The notes: a model not told the origin generated them from the sequence alone. DNA of 64,000 nt from an uncultured virus (IMG/VR IMGVR_UViG_643886092_000009) (IMGVR_UViG_643886092_000009), one strand, 5' to 3'. Numbered from the stretch's first letter, positions 19,713 through 29,954 are shown. Translations and numbers: made by a program.

Positions 19713-20351
19713 ATGTCTTTTAAACAAATCATATATGATGAACTAAAAGGAGAAGTAAGTCCGAAACGTAGAGCAGTCGTATCTGATACAGACAGTTATC
19801 TATTAGGAGTTGCTTCTACAAAAGAAGAGTTAAAAACTTTACTGAATAAAGAAACTGTAGGTAGTGTAGTATGTGACCAATCTATAATAGGTACAGTAGG
19901 TTTTAATGTAGAAACAGAAGAAGTTGTAGTTTCAAAGAATATATCGAAAATAGAACCTCTATCTAATCCCGTTATAACAGAGATTACAGGTAGTAGGTAC
20001 GTTAATGATACAAAACTAAGTAAATCAGAGTTAAATCAATTGATTGAAAGAAACAACGAATATGTAGATAAAATACATAAGTCTTTAATGAATTACCAAA
20101 CATTAACTACATTAAAAGACGAGAAGGAAGTATTACATGACCTTCCAAAAGTAGTTTCCTTGAAAATAGGTAAAGACGGTATATGGTTCTACTTATCTGA
20201 ACTACAATTAAGTACAGAAACATATTGTGGAACATTCATGGTACACGGTAAAGGTAAAGACTTATATGCACATGAAATAGCTGAAATAGTGTCTCCTGTA
20301 TGGGGTATATCGGAGAAAGAAATAGAAGATATATTACTAGGTGGATTTTAG
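19713..20351 (+). CDS. family C paralog 1
   Basis: FKQ.IY.EL, GVA..KEEL..LL, VGF, MVH...D. Confidence 0.85.
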   Translation: MSFKQIIYDELKGEVSPKRRAVVSDTDSYLLGVASTKEELKTLLNKETVGSVVCDQSIIGTVGFNVETEEVVVSKNISKIEPLSNPVITEITGSRYVNDTKLSKSELNQLIERNNEYVDKIHKSLMNYQTLTTLKDEKEVLHDLPKVVSLKIGKDGIWFYLSELQLSTETYCGTFMVHGKGKDLYAHEIAEIVSPVWGISEKEIEDILLGGF

Positions 20352-20402
20352 AATAGAGACATGGAGTATAAAATACAAAACAATTAGAAAGAGGGATATA
20401 GA

Positions 20403-20990
20403 ATGGCGACAGCAACAAAACCAATTAGTTTTAAGAAACAGGTATTTAATCAATTAAAAGACGAAGTAAGTATCGTAACTCCAATTATTGGTTTTAACGA
20501 TGAAGGTCACTTAACTGGGTTAGCTTTAACAAGAAAAGAATTAGTAAACTTAATGAACAATAAAGATACAAAAGGGGTAGTTGCTACAGACACTACGTTC
20601 GGTGCGGTAGGTTTTCATTTTAAATCGAAAGCAAGTTCAACTGATGCTTTACTTGTTCCAAACCAAAGAGAAGTAAATGAATTAATAGACTTCACAGAGG
20701 AAGAAAGCTTTGCTTTTATTACAAGATTAGAAGGATTAATAAAGAAATTAGACCCAAAAGCAATCGCATATGTACAAGGTAATGTACATACAATTAATTT
20801 TGAAGTATCAAACGTAGCATTCTCTATTACAGCTGACCAAATAAGAGTATTAACTAAAAATGGTAACATCATTGTACACGGTCAAGGAAGAGACTTAACA
20901 TTAGAAGAAGTTGCAAGTTATTTACATGAGACATTTAATCTATCACATCAAGATTTTGTTAATCTATTAAGACAAGCATACGGTATTTAA
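20403..20990 (+). CDS. family C paralog 2
   Basis: same motifs as paralog 1. Confidence 0.85.
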   Translation: MATATKPISFKKQVFNQLKDEVSIVTPIIGFNDEGHLTGLALTRKELVNLMNNKDTKGVVATDTTFGAVGFHFKSKASSTDALLVPNQREVNELIDFTEEESFAFITRLEGLIKKLDPKAIAYVQGNVHTINFEVSNVAFSITADQIRVLTKNGNIIVHGQGRDLTLEEVASYLHETFNLSHQDFVNLLRQAYGI

Positions 20991-21014
20991 TCAAACTGGG
21001 ATAGGGGTATTCAA

Positions 21015-21653
21015 ATGACTGAAACAAAAGGATTTAAACAAAGTGTTTATGATGAATTGAAAGTAGAAATAGAAAACTCACTTACAAAAGTAATTGGATT
21101 TTCAGATGCAGGAACTGTAGTAGATATCGCTTCAAATAAAAGTGAATTAGGTTCACTATTAAAGAACTCAAATGTAAAAGGTGTTGTAGCAGACTATACC
21201 CAACACGGTTCAGTCGGATTTGTATTTAAAACAAAACGCAGTGTAGTGAGTACAAACTTATCACCTGTACCTGAGTTAATAGACTTTGTAGTTGAAGATA
21301 TAAAGAATACTATTTCAAGTTATAGTGAGTTCGAGAAAGCGGTTGTATCTAGCAATCGCTTTAATCATAGACTTGTAGAGGTATTTCAAGGTAAACCACA
21401 TATTGAATTTGAATTAAAATCTACCTACATTATGGGTGACGATGAAACGTTTCCACTATTTAAGTTCTTATATGTATATGTAGGAAACTTAGCATTTTGT
21501 ATAACAGAGAGTCAAATTTCATTAATGACTGAGTGTGGTAACTTTATTGTACATAGTTCAAAACATGATGTAGAAGCAAGTTTTATTTTTCCATTCCTAG
21601 CAAAACACTTAAAAGTAGACGAATCAGAAATAAAGAAAGTTTTCATCGGATAA
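21015..21653 (+). CDS. family C paralog 3
   Basis: same motifs as paralog 1. Confidence 0.85.
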   Translation: MTETKGFKQSVYDELKVEIENSLTKVIGFSDAGTVVDIASNKSELGSLLKNSNVKGVVADYTQHGSVGFVFKTKRSVVSTNLSPVPELIDFVVEDIKNTISSYSEFEKAVVSSNRFNHRLVEVFQGKPHIEFELKSTYIMGDDETFPLFKFLYVYVGNLAFCITESQISLMTECGNFIVHSSKHDVEASFIFPFLAKHLKVDESEIKKVFIG

Positions 21654-21668
21654 GAAAGGGGTAGACCA

Positions 21669-22313
21669 ATGGCTAGTGAGTTAGCAGAGTTTAAGAAAGG
21701 TTGTTATAATCATTTTCGAGACGAATTAAAAGAGCATAAAGACGCTATGATAATTGGTTTTGATGCAAAACACGTTGTAATGGGAATTGCAACTACACCA
21801 ACTGAGTTAAGAGATTTATTAAAATTAAAGGGACTTAATGCAGTTGTCATTAACCATCCTGATATCTTTATGGTGGGTTATGATTTCAAGAAAAAATCTC
21901 AATTTGTCAGAACAGACGATTCTGTATTAGGCAGACTGTATACTAAAACAATTGATAAACAATACAAGGAAATCTTCAAAAATGCAAAAAGCAAACAATT
22001 GGTGACTCAGGAAAACCACGAATTAATTCAACGTATTGAAGATTTCTGTATGCGTTATCAAATTCCTCATTCTAAAAGTGCAGGAGACAGAGCAGGAGAT
22101 AACACAAACATTATAGTGATTAACTTAATGATGGGTAACATAAAAATAGAAATTACAGAAGAACTAACTTATATTCAGTTACATGAAACATACTTAATCG
22201 TACACGATATGCATCATGATATTGAGACAAGTAAGTATATGAATATTATGTCTAAACTGTTATTCGTACCTGAGTTAGAAGTACAAAGATTGTTCATGCC
22301 AAACGTTAGATAA
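21669..22313 (+). CDS. family C paralog 4
   Basis: same motifs as paralog 1. Confidence 0.85.
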   Translation: MASELAEFKKGCYNHFRDELKEHKDAMIIGFDAKHVVMGIATTPTELRDLLKLKGLNAVVINHPDIFMVGYDFKKKSQFVRTDDSVLGRLYTKTIDKQYKEIFKNAKSKQLVTQENHELIQRIEDFCMRYQIPHSKSAGDRAGDNTNIIVINLMMGNIKIEITEELTYIQLHETYLIVHDMHHDIETSKYMNIMSKLLFVPELEVQRLFMPNVR

Positions 22314-22327
22314 AAGGGGTATGTATA

Positions 22328-22510
22328 GTGATAAAGAAAACAGACCCATTGAGAGTATATAAACAACTACGAGAAGTTGTAAAAGAATATAAAGAGGGTT
22401 TTCTGAATATACCAAGAAACCAAATAGAAGACGATATAGACTATGCCTACTCTAAAGAACGTATAGGGTACAATGAGTATATCGTCTTGAAAGATTACTT
22501 ACAGGGGTAG
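22328..22510 (+). CDS. hypothetical protein
   Basis: 60-aa ORF inside the family C array. Confidence 0.55.
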   Translation: MIKKTDPLRVYKQLREVVKEYKEGFLNIPRNQIEDDIDYAYSKERIGYNEYIVLKDYLQG

Positions 22511-22549
22511 TTTTCATTACTACCAAACAATAGAGGAAGGTATGAACAA

Positions 22550-23194
22550 ATGGCTAAAACATTAAAACAAGATGCATATAGTTTTCTAGGTAGTCAACTA
22601 GAAGAGATAGGTTCAGAACTGGTAGTTGGATATGATAAAGACTATGGTGTAATCGGTATTGCAAAGAATAAAGCACAACTGAAACAGGTCTTAAAAACAA
22701 AAGGTATCGCAGGAGTCATTATAGCAGATAGAGAATCTTGTGCAGTAGGGTATGACTTCATTAAAGGTGAACAATACTTTGGGATGCCAGAACGTCATGG
22801 TCATATATCAGACTATATTGATAAAGAAAAAGTTGCTGTCTACGGAAACGGTGATACGGATAAACTTGTTATAGAGAATAATGACTTTATGTTAAAGCTT
22901 ATGGAATTTTTAGATAAAAACAATATATCGTATAATGATTCAACTTACGCTCCAATAAGAGGACACAAGTACATGTATGAGATAACTGTCTATAACGGCA
23001 GGTGTTCGACTACCATATCAAAGAATCAAACGTATATGAAAACAAGTACAGATGTATTAATTGTACATGATTCTACAAGAGACGTAGAGTTTGAGTTTTA
23101 CGCTGAGTTTTTATGTAAAGTATTAAATATAGACTTTAACGTAGCAAAACAGTTAATTATCGACTGTTATAATGCAAAAGGATTGTACCAGTAA
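22550..23194 (+). CDS. family C paralog 5
   Basis: same motifs as paralog 1. Confidence 0.85.
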   Translation: MAKTLKQDAYSFLGSQLEEIGSELVVGYDKDYGVIGIAKNKAQLKQVLKTKGIAGVIIADRESCAVGYDFIKGEQYFGMPERHGHISDYIDKEKVAVYGNGDTDKLVIENNDFMLKLMEFLDKNNISYNDSTYAPIRGHKYMYEITVYNGRCSTTISKNQTYMKTSTDVLIVHDSTRDVEFEFYAEFLCKVLNIDFNVAKQLIIDCYNAKGLYQ

Positions 23195-23213
23195 ACTAAA
23201 GGAGAGAAACAAA

Positions 23214-23852
23214 ATGACAAAATCAATTAAACAAGAAGCATATACAACTTTAGGTAAGTTTTTACAAACAGATAATGGAAGTCTTGTATTCGGTTACAAC
23301 AAGAACTACGAGGTAACAGGGGTAGCAAGAACAAAAGAACAATTAAAAGAAGTCATACAAACGAAGGGTATAGCAGGGGTTATCTTTCCTATGACACAAC
23401 CTCATGCAACTGGATATGACTTTGTAACAGGAGAAAAGTATAAGACTTTAAAAGGTAGAGCAGGGGATATAAAAGACTACACAGAAAAAGAAAATCATAA
23501 CTTATATGAGTACAGCACTAACATAGATGAAATGATTAGAGAGAATACAAACTTTATAGAACCCTTCATGGAATTTTTGGATAAAATAGATGCAAGCTAT
23601 GGTTGTATAACAGAACAGCCTGTAAGTGGTCATAACTCTACATATGAAGCAGTTATTACTCTTAGTGGTTGTCGTGTTAGAGTTTCAAAACATGGTACAG
23701 TTGTAACTTTAAGTCCAAACTATTTAGTTGTTCATGACTCTACTAAAGACACTGACATTAACTTCTATTCAACATTTATGGCTAGAGTATTGAATGTAGA
23801 CGAAAATATAATGAAAGATGTACTTGTAAAGTGTCTACAGAATAAGGGGTAA
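23214..23852 (+). CDS. family C paralog 6
   Basis: AAGGAG RBS before ATG23214; closest to paralog 5. Confidence 0.85.
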   Translation: MTKSIKQEAYTTLGKFLQTDNGSLVFGYNKNYEVTGVARTKEQLKEVIQTKGIAGVIFPMTQPHATGYDFVTGEKYKTLKGRAGDIKDYTEKENHNLYEYSTNIDEMIRENTNFIEPFMEFLDKIDASYGCITEQPVSGHNSTYEAVITLSGCRVRVSKHGTVVTLSPNYLVVHDSTKDTDINFYSTFMARVLNVDENIMKDVLVKCLQNKG

Positions 23853-23857
23853 TTAAT

Positions 23858-24553
23858 ATGAACTTCAGATATGCAATTTTAAACCTAACAGAATTTAAAA
23901 GTACAAAGAAACATTTCTACTCTGAACTGGAACAACGTTTCGTTCAGAGTAGGTTTAATTCTCAAAGACCTGTAATAGCAATTAATAGTGAAAATAATAC
24001 AGTAATAGACATGATATATGGTAAAGACTTTAGAGGTCAATTAGCAAAGCATATGTTATGGGGCGAAAACGTAAATCTAGCTATACCCTTAAAGATTGAA
24101 GATAAGAAGGTATCTTTGGAAGAGAAACTGTATAGACAATACAAGTATCAATTTGAAACACAAAAACCCGAAGAAGGTAACGCTTTCGAAGAACATGTAA
24201 ACAAAGTATTCCAAGCAGAATCACAAGGGGTAGCAAGTAATAATCAGTTTGTATTAAATTTTAAGACTTTCCTTGATACAAATAGTATAGAAGAAAGAAT
24301 GAAACCTAGTACGAAAGAAAATAGTATTGTATTACAATCAGGTGAGACAGCAAACTACCTACAAATCAAGTTATTCGAAGGGGTAGTGTTGTATGCCTTT
24401 GAAAATCAAATGTTATACAAGACAATAAACTCTAATGTCATCATTGTTCATGATTACCACCATGACATTGATGTAGAAAAGTTCCTAGACTTCTTATCTC
24501 CAGCATTAACGATTGAAAGAGAAAATTTAAAGGAATTTTTCTTAGGGAGTTAA
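23858..24553 (+). CDS. family C paralog 7 (divergent)
   Basis: KKHFYSEL, NNQFV, IIVHDYHHDID. Confidence 0.8.
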   Translation: MNFRYAILNLTEFKSTKKHFYSELEQRFVQSRFNSQRPVIAINSENNTVIDMIYGKDFRGQLAKHMLWGENVNLAIPLKIEDKKVSLEEKLYRQYKYQFETQKPEEGNAFEEHVNKVFQAESQGVASNNQFVLNFKTFLDTNSIEERMKPSTKENSIVLQSGETANYLQIKLFEGVVLYAFENQMLYKTINSNVIIVHDYHHDIDVEKFLDFLSPALTIERENLKEFFLGS

Positions 24554-24653
24554 GTTGAAAAGGTTTTAAGAACTAGGTATACATAGGTAGACGTATACAT
24601 AGTAAGTAGGAGATTATTTCCAGTAGATTGTAAAACAAAGGAGGTAATAATGA

Positions 24654-25337
24654 ATGTCTAAGGAATCAAAACGTGCTATATACGATGTGTATAATAGAGC
24701 ATGGTTCAGTAACCCTACAATCAGGGCGTTAGGGTACAACGAAGACCGCTTCTGTACTGGATTGGCAACCACGCCAAAAGAACTTATTCCATTACTAAAC
24801 AATAAACAATGTACAGGGGTGGTATTTCTTACAAGTCCTGTAGACTTTGAAGAGTATCATAAGAACACAGGTAAAAAGATACAGATAGAGAAATTTATCA
24901 ACGGAGAGGAATTTCTTCACTATTCGTATCGTGATTACGCAAACGCCATGTTAGAGTGGGGTTTAGATATATCTGATAAAGAAGACTTATATAAGTTCGA
25001 TAAAAGATTAGAAGGAAATAGTTTATTCCTAGACTCTCTTATCAATTATGGTTTCAAGAGTAATATAGATGTAGAACCATTTGCTATGAAAGTAGAAGGT
25101 GGCGCACAATTTCCACTACGAACTGTATATTTGACAAGAGGTAACTTAACATTTTGTGTAACAAGTGAGCAAGTCGCTATCAAAGTTGGGGTAGACGATT
25201 TCATGATAGTACATGATGCAACAAGAGATATAGACTTCCAACTACTAGTAGATATTATGGCAAGAGGTTTAGGTCTTAGTCATGGTGAGTTACAGACAGA
25301 ACTTATTAAAGCAATTGAATTAAGCGATATTAGTTAA
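24654..25337 (+). CDS. family C paralog 8
   Basis: GLATTPKELIPLL, GVVF, MIVHDATRDID. Confidence 0.85.
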   Translation: MSKESKRAIYDVYNRAWFSNPTIRALGYNEDRFCTGLATTPKELIPLLNNKQCTGVVFLTSPVDFEEYHKNTGKKIQIEKFINGEEFLHYSYRDYANAMLEWGLDISDKEDLYKFDKRLEGNSLFLDSLINYGFKSNIDVEPFAMKVEGGAQFPLRTVYLTRGNLTFCVTSEQVAIKVGVDDFMIVHDATRDIDFQLLVDIMARGLGLSHGELQTELIKAIELSDIS

Positions 25338-25401
25338 GCGGTATAAAGTACATAAACTTTATAAGTAAAAGTATCAAAGTAGAAGTAAAGGGGTAGTTAT
25401 A

Positions 25402-25974
25402 ATGGACTTACAAAGACAGGTCGTTACAAGTCGAAAGAATGGGAAGGTAATCGCAACTGTTGAAGATTACTACGATAGATTCGTGCATGACATGGGGGCA
25501 AAATACAAGAAAACTAGCTTTACAAAAGATAAACTATGTATTTGCCCCTTCCATGATGATAATGATGCATCGTTAGGTTTATTCCGAGATAAACATGATA
25601 AAGAAGTTAAAATCTTTCACTGTTTCGGTTGTGGAGCAGGTGGAGACATCGTTCAATTCCATAGAAGACTTATTAACATTACAGAACATAGAAATATCTC
25701 ATTAGAGGTAGCAAGTAAAGAAGTAGCAAACTTATATGGAATTGAAATAAATGAAGAAGCTATCGAAGAACACTTAAAATCGTTACTGTTTGAACGAGAA
25801 TTGGAAGTAGAGAGAAACTTAGGTCAATATAACTTCCGTTCACATAGTAGTAACTTAATGAAACTAAGAATGGAACAAGAAAATATGTCATTAGGTGATT
25901 TTAGTGAAAACTTAGATGTAGTTATAAACATGTGGAAACTAGCAATCAGACAAGCGGAAAATAAAGATAATTAA
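25402..25974 (+). CDS. stand-alone primase-type CHC2 zinc-finger protein
   Basis: CPFHDDNDAS...FHCFGCGAGGDIVQF; no TOPRIM domain. Confidence 0.85.
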   Translation: MDLQRQVVTSRKNGKVIATVEDYYDRFVHDMGAKYKKTSFTKDKLCICPFHDDNDASLGLFRDKHDKEVKIFHCFGCGAGGDIVQFHRRLINITEHRNISLEVASKEVANLYGIEINEEAIEEHLKSLLFERELEVERNLGQYNFRSHSSNLMKLRMEQENMSLGDFSENLDVVINMWKLAIRQAENKDN

Positions 25975-26019
25975 TACGTAGAGAAACTACGAGTAATGTA
26001 ACAAAGTGGGGTATATAAA

Positions 26020-26895
26020 ATGTTCGAATTAGCATCAATACAGAAACCAACCGTATTAAATGTATTACAAAACACAATGGAAAGTGGATTAGGATTAGAT
26101 ATTTCTAAGACTTCAACAGGTATTACAATCTTTGATGGAGAAACGGTTAAAACATATCAATGCGTAATAGAATATGATGAAGACTCACCGTTCCATTGGT
26201 ATCTACTAACAAAGGCATTAGAAGACGATTTAAAGTCTTTATTACAAGGAAAACATTTTGATGTAATAGGTATAGAAGATTCAATTCAAGGGGAAAACTA
26301 TGATACAGTACGAAAATTAATCCTTCTTAATAGTGTAATAGATAAAATTATCATGGAAGGAAACGTAACTTGTGATTATTTCAAACGAATTGGTAATACA
26401 GTTTGGAAGAAATGGTTAAGAACCTTAAAGCCTGGCAAGAAGATTTTAAAAGATAAAGCAGAGATTGAAATGATTCTAGATTACTTGGATTTTCCATTAG
26501 TAGACTTATATCGTAATGAAAAGAACAGTGTAAAAGAAAAAGATGGATATCAAGACCAATTAGATTCTACAGGGGTATTAATTGGTGTAGGACTTGAACG
26601 TCAAAATAATAACCTAACTGGCAAAAATAAAAAGAAACCTAGCAAGTTACGTATACATAATTATAGTAGTGCAGAAGAACTGTTAAAATATCATGAAGGT
26701 ACTACTTTAACCCCGATAAATCTAGGTGGGGACTTAAAATCTTCTGTTAAAACCTTTTTTGAAGGACTGTCCAACGAAGATAAACAGAAAAAGTACTATA
26801 TGTGTAAAGACTCCTTAGGTAGCTTGGGTTTAGAGTATGGACTTGCGGATTACAGAAATGGAAACCACATTGTCATGTACCATGAATTAAAATAA
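26020..26895 (+). CDS. ruvC: RuvC-like Holliday junction resolvase
   Basis: LGLDISKTSTG, IGIED and DQLDS acidic motifs. Confidence 0.7.
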   Translation: MFELASIQKPTVLNVLQNTMESGLGLDISKTSTGITIFDGETVKTYQCVIEYDEDSPFHWYLLTKALEDDLKSLLQGKHFDVIGIEDSIQGENYDTVRKLILLNSVIDKIIMEGNVTCDYFKRIGNTVWKKWLRTLKPGKKILKDKAEIEMILDYLDFPLVDLYRNEKNSVKEKDGYQDQLDSTGVLIGVGLERQNNNLTGKNKKKPSKLRIHNYSSAEELLKYHEGTTLTPINLGGDLKSSVKTFFEGLSNEDKQKKYYMCKDSLGSLGLEYGLADYRNGNHIVMYHELK

Positions 26896-26923
26896 AGTAA
26901 GCAGACAACAAGGAGGGGTTCAA

Positions 26924-27472
26924 ATGGCAACTGAGAAAGAAGTTGTAAGTTATTTAGCAACATCAAACGGATACAAAATAGGAGAACTGGTAAAAATGCC
27001 TGACGATGGTTCAGCAGATTCACCGCAGGTAAAACACATATGTCGTAATGGGGTAGCGTTTATACCTAGAGTAGAACTTACAACTCGATATCAACTAAGT
27101 ACAAATAAGATTAGAAACTTACAATGTTACTATTGGAATTGTATGGCTTGTGGCAAAACGTATTATAGTGCAAATAAAGAAGATATAGATATCTCAAACA
27201 ATAATAAACAGCAACAAAACATGTATAACCCGAATATGGGTCAACAAACAAATATGAGTCAAGGTTATCCACATCAAAACCAATATCCAAATCAGCAGTA
27301 TCAGCAAGGGTATCCGAATCAACAATATCCAAACCAACAATATCAGCAACAACAAGGGTATCCACAACAGGGTTATCCGCAACAAGGTCAAAACTATTAT
27401 AGTCAACAACAAAATAACCGCCAACAGCAACCTACTCATCAACCAAATCAAGGAGTATGGAGAGGTTACTAA
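26924..27472 (+). CDS. putative Zn-ribbon protein with Q/Y/P/G/N-rich low-complexity tail
   Basis: HIC...CMAC; QQGYPNQQYP-like repeats. Confidence 0.8.
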   Translation: MATEKEVVSYLATSNGYKIGELVKMPDDGSADSPQVKHICRNGVAFIPRVELTTRYQLSTNKIRNLQCYYWNCMACGKTYYSANKEDIDISNNNKQQQNMYNPNMGQQTNMSQGYPHQNQYPNQQYQQGYPNQQYPNQQYQQQQGYPQQGYPQQGQNYYSQQQNNRQQQPTHQPNQGVWRGY

Positions 27473-27723
27473 TGGTATTAGATTTCATAACGAACGGCAA
27501 AATCACACAAACTCATTTAAACTTGAAAATGAACCCTTCAAAGTTCATCAAAGTTGGGGTAAGTGAGGATTTAGAAACCGTTCTATTCTCATATCTAGAG
27601 TTAGAAGACCGTTGCAACTTCATAAATCCTTCCATTATTACTGTTTTATTAGCTAGAAAAGTAATAACAAGAGAAGAACAAACGGTGGACGGTCAAACAA
27701 TTCTACTAAAATATAGCTATTAA
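27472..27723 (+). CDS. hypothetical protein
   Basis: TAATG overlap with the upstream gene. Confidence 0.65.
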   Translation: MVLDFITNGKITQTHLNLKMNPSKFIKVGVSEDLETVLFSYLELEDRCNFINPSIITVLLARKVITREEQTVDGQTILLKYSY

Positions 27724-27736
27724 TTGTAGATGTGAG

Positions 27737-28042
27737 GTGGTTTTGTTGCAGTTAGTTACAAAGAAAAAGTTACTAACAGTAGTAGACAATGATGGGTATT
27801 GGAAAGGCGTATTTGCACCATGCAAGATAAGGAAGACCTACGTAAATGATAATCACCCTTCTTGTACTGAGGTATTGATTCAAAAGATAAAATATACGAA
27901 TGGTGAGATAAAGACATTAGTAAAGACAGTTAGAAACCCATATGGGAAAGAGTTAGAGTTAGAAGAGTTTATTGAAAACTTCATTTTCCACAATTGCAAT
28001 GAAGAAGACGGAATAAACATTAAATATTGGCAGTTAGCATAG
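27737..28042 (+). CDS. family D paralog 1
   Basis: W.G..AP and HNCN.E.G..I.YW. Confidence 0.8.
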   Translation: MVLLQLVTKKKLLTVVDNDGYWKGVFAPCKIRKTYVNDNHPSCTEVLIQKIKYTNGEIKTLVKTVRNPYGKELELEEFIENFIFHNCNEEDGINIKYWQLA

Positions 28043-28053
28043 GAGGGGTAGAT

Positions 28054-28326
28054 ATGGGTTTAAAGAAAGTAACATTAGCACAAGTAAAAGCATCGGTTAA
28101 GAAGAACAAAAGTTGGAATGGATATGTAGCACCAAACAAGGTAGCAGAGTTTCATGTGAACCAAGGATGGCACTTAGGGGTACAAATTAACGTAATGACA
28201 AACGATAACGGGGATTTATTTGTAGGTGGACAGCATTTATTAACAAGATATCTAGAAAACTTCCAGTATCATAATTGTAACAACGAAGTAGGAACAGGGG
28301 TAGCTTATTGGGAGTTGACAAGCTAA
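28054..28326 (+). CDS. family D paralog 2
   Basis: WNGYVAP and HNCNNEVG.GVAYWE. Confidence 0.8.
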   Translation: MGLKKVTLAQVKASVKKNKSWNGYVAPNKVAEFHVNQGWHLGVQINVMTNDNGDLFVGGQHLLTRYLENFQYHNCNNEVGTGVAYWELTS

Positions 28327-28586
28327 TGAGGAAAGTAAATCAAACTCACATTAAGAAAACAATTAAACAAACTGGTAGTTGGACTGGATATATTGCACCT
28401 AGTAACGTACCACAAGAGAATGTAGTTACAGGATGGGGTATGGGAAGACTGACTACAATTACAGAATTAAGCAGTACATTAATGGTAGACAATAATGCAT
28501 ACTCCTTAGAATATTTATTAACTCATTTAAAAGCCAATAACGAAAGAAACGGATTAGGTAATGGCATTGCCTATTGGGAGGCATAA
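28326..28586 (+). CDS. family D paralog 3
   Basis: WTGYIAP and GNGIAYWE. Confidence 0.8.
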   Translation: MRKVNQTHIKKTIKQTGSWTGYIAPSNVPQENVVTGWGMGRLTTITELSSTLMVDNNAYSLEYLLTHLKANNERNGLGNGIAYWEA

Positions 28587-28593
28587 ACTTAAA

Positions 28594-29376
28594 ATGTTTA
28601 AAAGTAAAGTATTAAACAGTAAACTAGTAAAAACATTAGCCTTAACTACAGGGATTTTAGGATTTGCAACTGGTTGTGATAACTTAGTAGACCAAGCTAC
28701 TCAAACATTTAAAGCCGACCACGGAGTTAAAACAGAAGAGGTAGCACAAGCGAAGAAACCAAAAGTTACAGATTTAAAGAAAATCGCAACGAGTTACAAC
28801 GGTGAAAAGGTAGTAACAGTTAACAACAATAAAGCAGACTTTACACAAGACCAATTAGATAAGGTAAGATTAACTCAAACTGACCCTACATGGCAAGAAT
28901 ACTCGAATTTAGATAATATGAATAGAGTAGGGGTAGCAACGGCATTACTTGGAATGCAGAATCAACCGAAGGAAAAGCGTGACGATAGATTAAATACAAA
29001 ACCTACAGGTTGGCATCAAAAGAAACTAAGTGATGGTAGCTACTTGTATGATAGAAGTCATCTAATTGGATTCCAGTTATCAGGACAAAACGATAACCCG
29101 AAAAACCTTATGACAGGTACAAAAGACTTTAATCGTAAGAGCATGTTAAAATATGAGAACATGGTAGACAAAGAAGTAGAAAAAGGAAGCTACGTCTTAT
29201 ATGAAGTAAAACCCGTATTCATTGGAAGTGAAAAGGTTGCTCGTGGTGTAAACATGAAAGCAAAATCAATGAACAATCAAAATTTAGAATTCAACGTATT
29301 TTGTCATAATGTACAAGATGGGGTAGAAATAAACTACGAAGACGGAACTTCTAAACTAACAGGTAAGTTGAAATAA
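28594..29376 (+). CDS. lipoprotein DNA/RNA non-specific endonuclease (EndA/streptodornase-like)
   Basis: lipobox FATGC; YDRSHLIG active site; NLMTGTKDFN. Confidence 0.88.
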   Translation: MFKSKVLNSKLVKTLALTTGILGFATGCDNLVDQATQTFKADHGVKTEEVAQAKKPKVTDLKKIATSYNGEKVVTVNNNKADFTQDQLDKVRLTQTDPTWQEYSNLDNMNRVGVATALLGMQNQPKEKRDDRLNTKPTGWHQKKLSDGSYLYDRSHLIGFQLSGQNDNPKNLMTGTKDFNRKSMLKYENMVDKEVEKGSYVLYEVKPVFIGSEKVARGVNMKAKSMNNQNLEFNVFCHNVQDGVEINYEDGTSKLTGKLK

Positions 29377-29388
29377 GGAGGGTAGATA

Positions 29389-29754
29389 ATGAATTTAGCA
29401 CAAGTAGACATACATACGAAACAGTTAATTACAAACACAATTGGTAATTCAATTGATACAAACTGGTTCTTTAACTGGTTAACAACTAGAGTAGGTAGAC
29501 AGTATACAATTTACAACGGAAGTGACATTACAAATCTTGAAACGCTAAAGAATCAACGAGAAACTTGTATTAAGACAGGTATTATCACAAGAGTTTTCGA
29601 AGATGGAAATCGTATTTATATAGAACTGAATAACGACCCATATAACTTAGATTTCTTTGACTATAAACAATTTACAGGTATTTGTACACATGGTTACGGA
29701 ATGTATTATATTATCTATCCAAACTGTACGTACCACAAGGTTCACATTCAATAA
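29389..29754 (+). CDS. hypothetical protein
   Basis: AAGGAGG RBS. Confidence 0.75.
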   Translation: MNLAQVDIHTKQLITNTIGNSIDTNWFFNWLTTRVGRQYTIYNGSDITNLETLKNQRETCIKTGIITRVFEDGNRIYIELNNDPYNLDFFDYKQFTGICTHGYGMYYIIYPNCTYHKVHIQ

Positions 29755-29954
29755 ATAAGGAAAGCCTACTCGAAAGGGTAGGCAAGACCCTATTTTAGCT
29801 TAGTGTTAAGCATCTAAACAATTAGGTGTTTATAGTAAGTTAAAGTAAAAGTAGAGAGATAGAGAGACGTGAGTAAGTTGAAATAGACATCGTAGATAAC
29901 AGACAAATTAAAACTAAATGAAACTAATAAATGAAAATGCAAGGAGAGAATTAC

